From contig NW_024704755.1 of assembly GCF_018977255.1 (NCBI RefSeq), forward strand, positions 2,108,001-2,172,000: a stretch of DNA of 64,000 bases, read 5' to 3'. Position 1 is the first letter of the stretch, and every line of letters starts with the position of its first letter. This stretch comes from Callorhinchus milii. Its lineage: Eukaryota. The notes beneath the pieces were generated by a model. The model saw only the letters and a program-made list of their open reading frames with translations, made no database searches and was not told the DNA's origin. Both the position numbers and the translations under genes were made by a program. Shown one piece after another: positions 14,601-27,480 of this stretch.

Positions 14601-15797
14601 GGACAGACACAAGGAAGTACTTGAATTAAAGCAGCCCAAATCAGGAAGGGTAGTAGTGAGAAGGATGCTGTACCCTTTTTTTTCTGTCAAGTGAGCCAAT
14701 GCAAGGATTATAACAAGTGACCGATGAGTCTGTTGTGATCTGGTGATGTGCTTAGCAGTAAAGGTGGCTGATTCTCGCTGCAGATTATGAAGGAGGTTCG
14801 GAGAGCACTGAGCAACGCTGCAGCTGATGACAGCAAGCTCCTCTTGCTCAGCGCGGTGGGAAGTGTGTTCTGCGGGGGCCTGGACTATTCCTACTTAATT
14901 GGCCGTTTGTCGAACGACAGACGGAAAGAGAGCACTCGGATTGCAGATTCAATAAGGTACGTTTTGTGTTGTAAGGGCGGCTCAGGTATTGGATGTGCTT
15001 GAAGCTCACTCGTTTGCCTCTTTGCCTCTTGTGTTTTGTGACAAGTTCTCGAAAGCAAAAATGTTTTGTTAGGGTTTCTCACAACATCGCTTCAACAACG
15101 ATTTCATATCAACAACAACAACAATAAAACCAACAACAAATTGAATGTATATAGTATCTTCCGCCTTGGGAGTCCAGAATAGTAAGGAAAACACCGTGTG
15201 ATCCATGGCCCAGAGAACACACCTTACGTGTAACCAAGATATTAGGGAACACAAAGTGTGCGCTGGGTTACTACTGAAATTAAACTCCTGCTGTCAACTG
15301 AGTGTACGAGGTGCTGGGAAGCTTCCCACTTCTTGTCCAGGTGGGATCCCTGCTTAAGTCCGTCACCGACAGAGCAACAGCAAATATAAGTGGTGGAATC
15401 CAAAGAGAGATGCCTGGAAGCATCTCTCTTGATGCCATCCAGCGCTCTGATGATGAAGATATTGACGACAAAGATATCGGTGATGCAGATGTTGCCGGCG
15501 ATATCACCGATGAAGACATGGAAGAGAACGACGATGAAGGTAGGCATGACAATGCTGACAGTGTACAGAGCACAGACCGTGTTGTAAGACAACAGAACAG
15601 TTTCAAGACAGCAGAGATGAATAAACACAGCTAAACACTGACAGTGGAGTGGTATGTGGCAGAGGGAGCTCGAGGGGCTGAATGGGCTCTTGTTCCTGAT
15701 TTCCTATGAAGGGCTCATGAAATCGATCATCATTGGAAGACGGCTGATGAAGTGCAGATCTGTGCCCAGAGCAAAAAATTGGAGCCTAGCGAGCACA

Positions 15798-15830
<33 letters not shown>

Positions 15831-18800
15831 CTGGACTGTGCGCTACCTACTACCAGTTACTCGGGTAAAATGGTTGTTAGCGTACATTTGGATTGCGTCC
15901 CCCAAAAAAAGCCACACACAGCTGCGTGCAAGAGAATTTTTTTTTATTACGCTGACATATTTATGCCAAGGTTACTTCCTTCTGCAGATAAAGTGAAATG
16001 CAGTAGTCTGGTTAAGATTAGTAAAGAACTGGGAACACTTTTCTCCTCCAGAGCTCCCGGACTGTAGCAGCAATCGTGTTTTTACGATGATGATGATGAT
16101 GACCGTGTTGGACTTGCTGTGCGTGAGCTTTCAGCGATTGGGAGCTTCAAAATTCCACCCGGTTTTAGCTTGCGAGGCCACTGAGTCTTAAATTTGCATA
16201 GAATTGTGGAAAGGTTACACGAGGGGGAAAAGCTGTGGGAGGGTGTCTCACACTTGGCGAGGTTGGGTTGTCGTGTGTTACGAGCGATGGATACTTATCT
16301 CCTGTGGAGTCCTGTAGCTCAGTGGTTAGAGCACTCGCTTTGCAAGTGAGAGACCTGAGTTCAATTCCAGGCAGAGGGCGAAACCTTGGGCAAGTTTCCT
16401 TACTCCACACAGAGCCTAATAATAATCCCTCCAAAAACCAAAACAATAATAAATTGGTCATTTTCAATCCACGACTGTCTGTGGGACATTGCTGTGCGCA
16501 ATTGGCTGCCGCGTTCGCCCACAAATATACAGTCAATTCACTTTACAGTATATTCTGAAGCGCTTTGGGACGTCTAGAAGACGTGAAAAGCGCTATATCA
16601 AATGCAAGGATTATTATTATTATTCTTCCACATGGGTCTGGGTAGCTGTGACCACCCTCATTTCCTGGAAAGCCTGTATTATTGAGGCGTTCGGGAGTTT
16701 TTCCCCAGAGCACTGGCGAAGGCAAGCCCCGGGTGTCCTGGCTAAGCTTCCCCCGAATAAAACTGGTCACTCACCTACGCCGTGGCCGTTTGCGGGACGT
16801 TGCCGCGCGCAAGCTGGCTGCCGCGTTTGTCTGGCAAATTACACAAGTCGCCGCACTTTACAGGACATCCTGGAAGCGCTTTGAGATGTGACGGGTTAAG
16901 GCGCTGTATCGAATGCAAGGATTATTATTATTATTGTTGTTATTGTTGTTATTAACAGGGATTTTGTGAACGCGTTCATTCAGTTTAAGAAACCCATTGT
17001 GGTGGCGGTGAACGGGCCGGCCATGGGGCTTGGTGCCTCTATCCTGCCGCTCTGCGACATTGTGTGGGCGAGCGAGAAAGCCTGGTTCCAAACACCATAC
17101 GCCACCGTAAGGCTAACGCCAGCCGGCTGCTCGTCTTACACCTTCCCACAGATCATGGGAGTTGCGCTGGTGAGTCCGTACCCGTTTTTATTGCCCACGG
17201 CCTGCCGCACGGGTATCTTTAATAGCCGTATGTCGGACGCGTTTGCGGGCGGATAGCCCCCACGCGCACACTAAATCCTCAGCCGCCGTCGGGAATCGTC
17301 CCACAGAGACTCCCGGTGACTTCCAATGTGTGACACGAAACGTGCTGTATACCGAAGCGAAAAGGACTTGAGAGAGTTTGTCTAGAATAAGACCGGCACA
17401 GCACCGGTGTAGAGAATGATGCCAAAGCACGTTTTTAAAAAAAAAGAAGTAAGAGAAGTAAGAGGAAAGTCGAAGAAACCTGGCGCCGGCATCGACACGA
17501 AGGGCTGAATGGCCTTCTCAAAATGCTGCAAAGTCTACAGTGCTAAGCTCAGCTCTTTTTTTTTTCCTTTTACAGGCAAATGAGATGCTCTTTTGTGGGC
17601 GAAAGTTGACCGCACAGGAAGCGTGCAGCAGAGGGCTGGTATCTCAGGTCTTCTGGCCGACGACATTCAGTCAAGAAGTCATGTTGCGGGTGAAGGAGAT
17701 GGCCATGTGCAGTGCTATGGCAAGTGAACTGCCCGCTTACTTACCCCTCGCCTTGGAGTTATGGTTTCCAAATCCAGTCGCGTGCGGTGCTCGTGGGTAT
17801 CAGGTTGCAGCCACTTTAATTGTTGGTGGAATGGAATCAGAAAACGAGAACCTCAATAGATCTGGATCCCGCAGACCAAAAGTAGAAGGTCCCGTGAATC
17901 AAGTCCCAAGACTTCTCAGCCAGGCTGCAGTTAAGGCCATAGGTCGGGGGGGATCCGAACACAACATACTTAGTGTTGGTGGTGTGGGGGGGAGGAGGAG
18001 GAGGAGGAGGAGGAGGAGGTTGTTGCCTGTGATGCAAGTGCATAATATTCTGGATGTTGCAAAGTCGAGCGATCCACAATACTTAGCGCTCACACAGGGT
18101 CATCCCAAGGGGCGTCAGGCATATAAAACAGCAGCCAGAGGAGATGTTCTTGGCCGTCGGGGTCCAGTCTTTCAACCACAACAACAACTTGAATTTACAC
18201 AGCGTTTTTAGTTGGCCCAACTAAATCAGTTTTCTTGATCGAATATTTCTTCGATTTACGCCGTAAGCTGCAAAACATTCAATCACGGGGGAGGAGGAGG
18301 AGGAGGAGGAGGAGGAGGAGGGGGGTGGGGTGTGGGATGGAAACAAAATTTATGACCTAGACTAGTGGGAATGTTCGGTGGGCCACTTCCGTCCCCGTGG
18401 GCCATGGGTTGGAGTCAGTGCCGATTGAGCGTGATGTTAAAATACTGCTGTGAAATTCTCTCTCCCTCCCCACCCCCACCCTCCACCCTCCACCCCCTCC
18501 TCTCCTCTCCTCAAGGCGCTGACTCACGCTGGGGACGGTCCTGCGGTCGGTGACAGCCCACCAGTGCCTCACTCAAGCGGCCCTTTTCATTGTGTGAGTG
18601 TTGCGCACGGGATTTGACCATTGGGACCACACGGCCTGATGCTACCTTCGTCTCGTAGACTTTCACTCACTCGCTCTTTGGCTTTTTCACTCGCTCACCT
18701 TCTTTCCCTCTCTCTCTCTCTCTTTCTCTCTTTTTTCTCTCTCTCCACTTTCACTCTACAACCCCCCCCCCCCGCCCTTCCTTCTCTCTTTTCTCTCACT

Positions 18801-19953
18801 ACATCTTTCGCTTTCCTACCCCAACTCTTTTGCCCCCCCCACCACCCCGCCCCCCCCCACCCCAACCCCCACAGCAAGGCTCATTGGCCAATAGTTCTTG
18901 GCACATTTCTTACCCCACTCAGCCCAGTAATGGGCCAGTTATTGTGTTATTACTGTCATGTTGGCAGCAACGACTTGGTATTGGACCCTGATCCAGCTTT
19001 GGGGTTGATGACTCAGCCTCACACCAGTTAGCATGAGAAACTAGAGAATGAAGAGAGGTCATTCAGCCCCAATCGGACACATTTCTTCCAGTTCAAAACA
19101 ACACATAGCCAAACACAGCATTCACCCCCCCCCTGTTGTTATCTACTGGGGGAGAGTTCTGAACTACATTCTCCCTCTCCCTAATCCCCAAAAGGTAAGT
19201 TTGTTTCAAGCAATCACACAGCCTTGGCCTTTTGGAAGGAGGAACTCAATTGGCTTTAAACGAACCCTTGAACAGAATTGAACGCGGTGAACGACTGCTG
19301 TTGCTCGTCTGTAGTGTTTTCCAATGTGCGTCTTTCTCCAGCAACTTTATATAGCTTTATAATGTGGGTATATTAAAAAAAAAACAGCCTTGGCTTTTTT
19401 GCAATGTGTGTGTCTGGCATCCATCAGGTGAGACATTAAACTGAGCAATCGTCTACCTTGTTCTTTAGGTGGACATCAGAGCCACCCTCCCCCACCCACC
19501 TCAAATGACTATTTAATATAGGAGAAGGGAATCGTGCCTGGCGGATTGTGGCTTGTTTGTGGGACCTATGCTGTGTGTAAAAGAGCTGCCGCATTTGCCC
19601 ATTAAAGACCACAAGTCTCCGAATTTGACGGTCGTCAGCGTGAAGCACTTGGAGGAGGTCTGACATGATTAAGCGCTGTTTTTTTTTTTAAAAAAAATCA
19701 AGCTTGCTTCCTTTCCTTCTTTCTTTCTTGTATCTATGCTGCCTGGCGTGTTGTTCGAGACGTTCACGTCTTGTCTGTCTCTTGTGTTTTGCAGGTCCTG
19801 GAAGAATCCAAGTGTCTGGTTCGCAGTTTTCTTAAGTCCACCCTGGAGCAGGTGAACGAGCGGGAATGTCAGATGCTCAAACAGCTGTGGAGTTCCTCCA
19901 AGGGACTGGATTCTTTGTTCAGCTACTTGCAGGAAAAGATCTACGAGGTATGA
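11660..19953 (+). CDS. CDYL2: Chromodomain Y-like protein 2 (chromodomain + crotonase/enoyl-CoA hydratase-like domain), coding exons 2-7; short first coding exon not found in window
   Basis: Exons 11660-12245, 12935-13149, 14784-14956, 16959-17169, 17576-17719, 19795-19953 join in frame (1488 nt incl. TGA). All acceptors are AG and donors are GT except a GC donor at 17720. Translation includes [99 protein letters not shown] and [16 protein letters not shown], matching CDYL2 as I recall it. Confidence 0.97.
13505..13805 (+). mobile_element. Older Deu-domain SINE (SacSINE1/AmnSINE1-like); related relics near 3085-3420, 8300-8465, 10257-10455 (+) and 49615-49975 (-)
   Basis: GATGAGACGTTAAACTGAGG...CTCTTCAGGTAGATGTTAAAGATACCATGGCACT resembles the Deu core as I recall it; boundaries approximate. 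Confidence 0.7.
16306..16624 (+). mobile_element. Full-length young tRNA-derived SINE (A/B boxes, Deu-like body, L2-type tail, (TTA)n)
   Basis: A box TAGCTCAGTGG, B box GAGTTCAATTCC, tail GCGCTATATCAAATGCAAGGATTATTATT; closely similar to the copies at 41835 and 61222. Confidence 0.9.
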
Positions 19954-22855
19954 AGCTGCCAGGAGATCCAAGCTGCAGCCCATTGTTCCGTCCGGTGTCC
20001 GTGGAAGGAGCCAAGTGAGAGCCGGGACGGATTTGAGGAGTCCGGGGTCTCAGCGCTGCGAAGAGCGGCTATGAACCGACCGGCAAAAACGTGTCCTGTA
20101 ATTCTAAGACCGAGCGGATCCGTTGATCGCGACCGAACGTGTGCATGTTGGCGAACGCTCCCACCTTCTGCATCAACGTCCGAACCCTTTAGGTGATTGT
20201 TTTAATCGATGCCGTGTTTAGCAGTTGCATTACTTCCTCGGATCCAAAGCCGAGCGACGTTAAGTTTTCGTCCAGTTCTTTTTCTCTCTTTCCGCAGAAA
20301 CGCTTAAGCCCTCGCGAGCACAAAAGCTCGCGCTGTAGATACGAGTTTCCCTAAACCCTTTGCAGCGCAAAAACCAGGAACAATGGCTGTACAACCAACT
20401 ACATCGAGGTTGTACGTCAGAACTCGATTGGTTATCCATTCACCTGGCGGGGAAGAATAATGGAAGGTTGCATTGGAAGATTCACTCACGTATATTTTAC
20501 AGCGGTCACCTGAGTTGTCAGAAGTGCGTACCCCCCACCCCACCCCCAAAGAAAAAGTTTCAAAAGTTGCGAAGTTTGATAACTTTTTAAGAGAAAAAAA
20601 TATACATATAGTAAATTCTTTTTCAGAGTTCTTAACTCTCTCAATAGAAAATGACTCGAGGCGTCAACTGTTCTTTCTTTCATGTTTTGTGAACAGTATC
20701 ACTGATCAGTGATGTTGTTTTTCTTTGACCGTCGACACACTTTCGTGTCTTTTTCTGGGTTGGGGGGAGACGGGACATTTGCATTTTGTTGAGAATGGTT
20801 CCGCTGACCCAAGTGCTCTGGGGCACTACCCTGTGTGATGGGGGTGGGTGGGGGGGGGTGGTGTGTCTGTATAAGTGCAGGTTGTTGTTGACCTAACTCG
20901 AGACCTGCGGGAGAGATTGACGCTATCTTGGTGCCGTTGCGTAACTCTTAGAACGAGTCCTGTTGAGTGAGGTCCATTAAACACACAAGCGAGGCTCAAC
21001 GTTACCTCCCGAGTGCCCTGTGTGTAACAAAATACAACGCGGTAGAAGGAATCGTTTGCTGGTCGATGGCTGTTTTCTTTAACTGCTCAGGTCTCATCGT
21101 GAATAGCAGCCAGCGTTCAGGTGTTGACTTGCCGTGTTGTGTTTTCCTGTTCGAGCTCCAGAGCCTGTCCGCGTTTGAACTTCTAGAATCCTGGGTCCCA
21201 GCTAAAATACTCATCAGTTCTTATTTATTTCAAGTAAATGCACTAATTCGGCTGCTGATTGAATAACTCAAGAGAAGTTTGTTGCGACGAGGCATTGGGT
21301 ATTTAAATGTGACTAAATCGAAAAGGATTCGATGAGGACTTGCCAAGTTTAGAATGGCTGTGGGGGAAAAAAAATCTGAGCGTGATTTCTTTATGCGTGT
21401 CTGGGTCCTGGAACAAATGCGGTATTGACTAAAGTTAAATGGGAAGCCATAACACAGAGGGTCGGACACTGAAGTGTGTTCTTCATAAACTGCTGTAATT
21501 TTTTTTAAGTGTTCTTTTTCAGTGTTCCGACAAAAATCAATATCCCCTCTCGTCTGCCACCGCACGTTCTGAACGGGACCGTGTGCTGCCTCTGTGTGTG
21601 AAGGGGGAAAGACGTACAGTTGAGCTATTAGTGGTTTTGCTCAAGTTATTTCGGTAGCTGTGCAGAAATACCACTTAGGGGCACCCTGTGCGAGAGACGT
21701 GGTGAATCTGGAAGGTTGCAGTATATATATTTTTTCAGGACGGTAAAAAAACTTTCTTTTATACTTAATTCACTGTCCAAGAGATGTTTCTCTCTACACT
21801 TATCCGGCAATCCTTCTTCTCTGGTCCCAAATAGATGTTTTAGGTGTTTGACCCACTGCCTGTGTAAACCTCACTGCTTTTGTGCCAATATCATTTTGGA
21901 TGTCCGTCGAAATACTGCTGATCCTCTCCCCATCCTCTCCCTCTCTCTTTCTCATTCAGACTCGTACTGTGTTTCAGCCGTAACACACTATTTAAAGGAC
22001 TCGTCGCGGTGTGAATATTTTGCCAAGTCGTGTTTCTGTTCAAGATAACAAAGCGTTGTTTGATATGTGTAAACTTCAGCGAGTGACCTGGCAGTTAGAA
22101 AGGCTAAGGCTAAGATCGGTGAATCGATGCACTTAGACGTGAAGACAATGTGGGGGGGGGGGGGGGGGGGGTGGGGGGGAGGAGGGAATGGTCATTTCGG
22201 GGGTTCCATCTGTGAGACCCATTTTGTCTCAAAATTTGCGATCGCGCCAGAATTGTGCAGAAATTCTTAATTGTTACCACGGAAAGCTTTTTTTGTTTCT
22301 TTTGCGCAGTCCTCTTGCGTTTGAAAAGAAAATCTGCACGACCGGGTTTAAGAATTTCTCCACCACTCTGCACAAAGGTTAAATCTCACGGGTCTGTTCG
22401 CGGTCTGTCTCGCAAGGCTCAGGCCAAGTGGAATTTTGCGGCCTCAGACCTTACGTTTATACCCTCTTCCCGAAGGTCAGGCAATCCGTTTGAAGCACTT
22501 GAGGCTGAACCATTGAGGTGTATTTATCCCACAGAGGAATACAATGGGGTTTTAAGAGATTTTTTTTACAAGTTAATGGGGGCTGTGTTTATTTAAAATT
22601 GTTAGCGATCTGTTTGGTGTGGGCACCCTTTTTCTTACTCGGAGGTATATTATCTATGTTCTATAAACTACCAGGTTACTCTGATCTATGTGATTTTAAA
22701 AAAAAAAGACCGTGTTCGACCGAGATGTACACAAAACCCAAACGTGTAATGCTTTTTTTGTAAATTAGTGTCCGAACACTTTTCTGGGTGCCTTAGAAGT
22801 TGTATTTTTCATGTGTGTTAATATATTTATACATTGTGGAAAAAAAGCTGCTCCC

Positions 22856-22861
22856 AATAAA
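22856..22861 (+). terminator. Probable CDYL2 polyadenylation signal (AATAAA), giving a ~2.9 kb 3'UTR
   Basis: AATAAA at the end of a U-rich, UTR-like stretch downstream of the stop; repeat-rich sequence resumes afterwards. Confidence 0.55.
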
Positions 22862-25800
22862 ATTATACGAAATTCGTTGGCGGCGGCTCGACCTGGTGTT
22901 AAGTCCCGCAGATCGAGACAGAGCGCGCAGCCCAAATCTCCAGCAGTCTAAACAAAGCATCAGTAATTCAACTCCAAACACGTCGCGTGCGGATAGCTGT
23001 GGGCAGATATAATAATAATAATAATAATAATATCTGTTCCATCGGACTGTTTCTCGGAGCGAGGACAGCCTTCCGCAGCGTGTGAGATTGTGCATCATTT
23101 ATTCAGGAGCGATTTGTATATGATAGCCCTCACGTTCGGTTCCAACCACCAACACATCGAGGGAGTTGAATCGAGGTCGCGGGTCCTCTTGAGATCTCGC
23201 TGCTTTCTCAACGCTCTGCTGCGCCGCGGCTGAGAAACATGCTCCAGATTACAATATAATAACGCGCTGTGTAGTAATTGCCCCTCGTAAAGATTCTGCA
23301 TCAATGCACAGTGACGCCCAATGCGTATTTTTCCAATTCCCCTGTTGCGGATGTGGGGTTAATCGCGATAATAATGTGCTGGGGGCGAAACCATAGGCAA
23401 GTTTCCTTACTCCACACTCCTCTGTTTACCCGCTTGTTAGTCGATTGGTGGATCGATTTCCAGGGGGTAATAATCCGCGACTGTTTGTGGGACACACTGC
23501 TGTGAGTTGCGTCCACAAAATGTACAGTCAATTCACTTTACAGTGACTTAGTTTAGCGCAACTATGATGCGCTTTGAGACATCTCAACGACGTGATAAGG
23601 CGCTATATCAAATGCAAGGATTATTATTATTATTATCGTGCACAAATTAGCTGTTGCGTTCACCCACAAAAACAGTGACCACTCTTTACATTGGGTCCCG
23701 CGAAGTGCTTTGAGACCTCTGCTCCCCACGCGAAAGGCGCTGCATCAAACGCGAGGATTTTTTTGCATCAATAACTTGGCTAATTGGGCTGAACGGCTTC
23801 CTCCTGGTTCCCGTGTTCTTCGGTTCCTCAACTTTAATGTCTTCTTTCCCGGAGACCACACTTCAGTTCGTCCCTCAGAGCTTTCTGTCTTGAAGTTTGA
23901 CGCTGTCCATTTCTTTACTAGGATAATATGAATGTCCTGATTAGCAGGTTTGGACCAGCGCTTGATGTTCCACAGTTTTATTAGAGCCTCCTGTAGTCAA
24001 TGGTGTTCTTCGGTTTCCTGAGTGTCACAGTCAGAGATTAACCCCTTTGGATGAGTATAATTGCCACACTGCTTCGAGCCATCATTAACGTTCCCCCTTC
24101 CAGCACTTACCCTTCTGCATGGTAAGGTAGCCCTAATGCCGTGAGTCGTCAATTTAATTGTTTTCAGTTCAAAATTCTTCATTATAATGGATTCTCGACG
24201 AGAACGTGCCTTCAGGGATCAGATTTTTTTTCACAGTAAAGGGTAGTGACTTGTGTAGACCGGAGGTGTCATTTCGCCTCATGGCCGTTTGTGGGACCGT
24301 TGCTGTGCGCAATTTGGCTGTCGTGCTCGTCTGCAAATCGCTTGCCTTATAAACATCCACAGTCGCTGCACTTTACAGTAAAATCCTATGATGTGCTTTG
24401 AGACAGCCTCCTGACACGAACGGTGCTGTGTCAAATGCAAGAATTATTATTATCATTACTTTATCTGTTGGGACCATCCCTCAGTAGAAAGAAGAAGGAG
24501 CCAAATGTCCTCAGGAGACCAGGGCGGTGGAAGGGGGTGGGGGGTGGGGGTTGCAGTGTGGAGACAAAAATACACAAAATAAACCCACATGATGTTTGGT
24601 CGGAGTCTTGCAATTCCTTCTTGGTTGCCTTTTAAATCTACGCATCTCCCGTCCCGTTCTGTAACATGGGATCGGGTCAGGACACAGGCACCAGTGTGTG
24701 TGTTCGAGTGAATAGAGCCATTGTCTGCAGCCTCTCTGAGGATGGCTCACAGCTTCGGTCTGGGAGAGTGACACCCGTCTACAAGACACCTTTGTTTTCT
24801 GGGTCCTGCAAGTGCCAGGCTGGCCAGCGAGCGGGTATAAACCATTTGAATTTATACAGAGGCCTTCACACGGGGCAGCAGCTTGGGGCACTGAGCCGCA
24901 GCCGGTCTGATGCTGAGCCCAGGAGTTGGGAGGAAGTGCCCGCAAGCCCGTTCGGAGAGGAAGGTCTCGAATCGTGGTCGAAAAGGGTATACACAGCCCA
25001 GCGAGCCCACAGCCTGATAAACAGTCCGTGGTGAGAGACGGGGCAGTGGACGTGGGGCGGGGGGGGAGAGGGGGAGCTGATGTACACGTGCGTTTAAAAA
25101 GAAAAGTCACTGCACTTCACAGGGAATCCTTGGAGAGGTCCTCACGATGCGGAAAGCGCCGTATCGAATGCGCCGATTATTTAGGATCACTGGAGAAGCC
25201 TCGTGGAAGTCTGGAAGCGCTTCACGGGATTTTCTGTTAAGTGGAGTGGACTTTTGTCAACAAACCTGCAGCCAATTTGCACGCAGCAATGTCCCACAAA
25301 CAGCCGTGACGTGAGTGAGCGATTTTCCCTGCAGTGCAATGCGCAATCCCATGTAACGAGCCCATAATTTCACTGCCGATTGAGCCATTGAGCTCATCGA
25401 CCGGGACTCTCCTGCTCTTTTGCCCACTTCTCTTTCTGCCCCCCCACGCCCCAGCCTCTCTCCCCCCACCCACCACCACCACCAATTCCCGCACATCTCT
25501 GCTGCTTCGCAATAGTATTATTTGGAATCTGTATTTGTCCCTAATACGCACTAAAAATAGCCAGACATCTCATCCGCAACACACTGAGTGATGCTATTTT
25601 TGGGAGATATTTGCAGTACGTTTGAAAATATTTTTCTCACGCGCACAACAAACTGGTTAGTGTGCGTTGATGAAATTGCTATAATTACCGTGTATTTACC
25701 ACCCCCCCCGCACCCCCTGCCCATCCCCACACAGACGTGTTTGACACCTTGCTGGTGGGTTTCAGTCTGTTTATTGTTCACTCATCCCCACCCGGTTGAC

Positions 25801-26769
25801 CTCAGTTCCAGTTGCTGTATCCTCACGTTACGTTGAGCCGTAAGGGCTCTGGGACGCTACCCTGCACGAGGGGTGCTGTATAAATGTAAGTTGTCGTTGT
25901 TTTTGTTGTTGTTTACCCCCTCCCCACCACACCTTCCCCCTCGCGCTCCCCCCCCCCCCCCCTCCCCGTTTTGCTCCGCTCTTGGGAGCTCTGGGACGGT
26001 TAATATAAAAGGGGAGGAATGATGCCATCTGTGCTTTTCCTGGCATCAGAACCTGCACTGTGATGACCCCTGCAATTAGGCTATATTGGCTGTGTGAGTC
26101 CAGGAAGACAGACACACACACATAGACAGACCCCGGCAGCGGTTGTGCCTGGGGACTATTCAAGGTTTTGCAGATGCTCAATAGAGTGCGTCTGACAGGA
26201 AGTGAGAGCTCCTTATGCTGGCTTTGACTGGGGTGAAAATAAGCACTTTATAACTTGTTAAACTTGAATGTGTTGATTAATTCCTTATAATAACAATAAT
26301 AATAATCCTTGCATTTGATACCACACGCAATATACCAGTAGGAGGACCATTAATGGCCCTACTATAAATGGACACAGTGCCAAGTTACCAACAAATCAGT
26401 TACACACACTAGACCTGGAAGAAAATTGGGCAAATGGGAACAGTGTGCGTGTTTTTGAAGGGATTAGATTTACAGTTGCAAAGGATAATTTCGGCACAGA
26501 TCCAGGAAGTATTTCATTTATACTTACTGACTCACTGAGGGTAATGAACGAGAAGGTATTGGAGGGGAATAGTTAAAGGACATTGAGTGTCAGCCTAGAA
26601 CTTGGAGCTCAAAGTCCTGACATGGGAGCTTGAATCCACTTTCTTCTCATCAAGAGGCGGGAGTGGAGTTAAGCTAATTTAAGTCGTGTCTCACCTGAGA
26701 AATTGCACTCGCTGAGCAAACAGGAATATAATCCTGTAAAACTGGTTATTTTTGCATTGACAGAACGTA

Positions 26770-27480
26770 CCAAAGAGGGGGAGGAAGCGGAAAGAAATCT
26801 AGGGGTATGAGTTGATTCATCACTCACCATGTCAAAAACACTGTGAAGCAGCAATAAGCAAGGCTAACAGGATGATGAGCTATATTGCTAAATAAGTTGA
26901 GTTCAGATCATACTGAAGCTATCCTCGTCAGACTCCACCTTGAGTCCTGCACACAGCTCTGATCACGTCAACGTAAGGCCAAGACACAGAGACAAGCGAG
27001 GGCTCTTCAATCTTGAGAGGAAACTTGTAGAGGTAAAAATATTTTACAATTGTTTAATGGGATTGGAGAAAGTCAACCCAGAATATAATAATAATAATAA
27101 TAATCCTTGCATTTGATTTGGCACTTTTCACGTCTTCTAGACGCCTCAAAGTGCTTCACAGAATAGACTGTAAAGTGAATTGACTGTATATTTGTGGGCG
27201 AAATACTTTTAGATGCAACAAGATAGTAGAACAACAGGACATAGGTTTGGATAATAATATTGATAATAATCCTTGCATGTAGAGCCTTATCACGTCTTCG
27301 AGACGTCTCACAGAGCTTCGCAGAACGTATTGTAAAACAAATTGACCACATTTTTTATGGGTGACATAAATTGCAAGTCGCGAAGGTGATTTTAAGATGG
27401 GCACCAGGAAGAATTTCTTTAGCCGGAGCTAATTAATGATGAAGGAACTCGTTACCGGGGAGGGTGATTGAGCTCAGGAC
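26770..27480 (+). mobile_element. Degenerate CR1 ORF2 C-terminal relic interrupted by two SINE tails
   Basis: EAERNLGV.VDSSLTMSK/HCEAAISKANRMMSYIA motif (with stop and frameshift); boundaries approximate. Confidence 0.7.

Noticed and set aside
16306-16382. tRNA gene-like sequence (also at ~41835, ~58790 and ~61460)
   Set aside because: Acceptor and T stems do not pair properly and each continues into a SINE body and tail; these are SINE heads, not tRNA genes.
17720-18211. C-terminal part of the 223-aa ORF with poly-Arg
   Set aside because: Intron read-through past the GC donor; the poly-Arg is a (GGA)n microsatellite.
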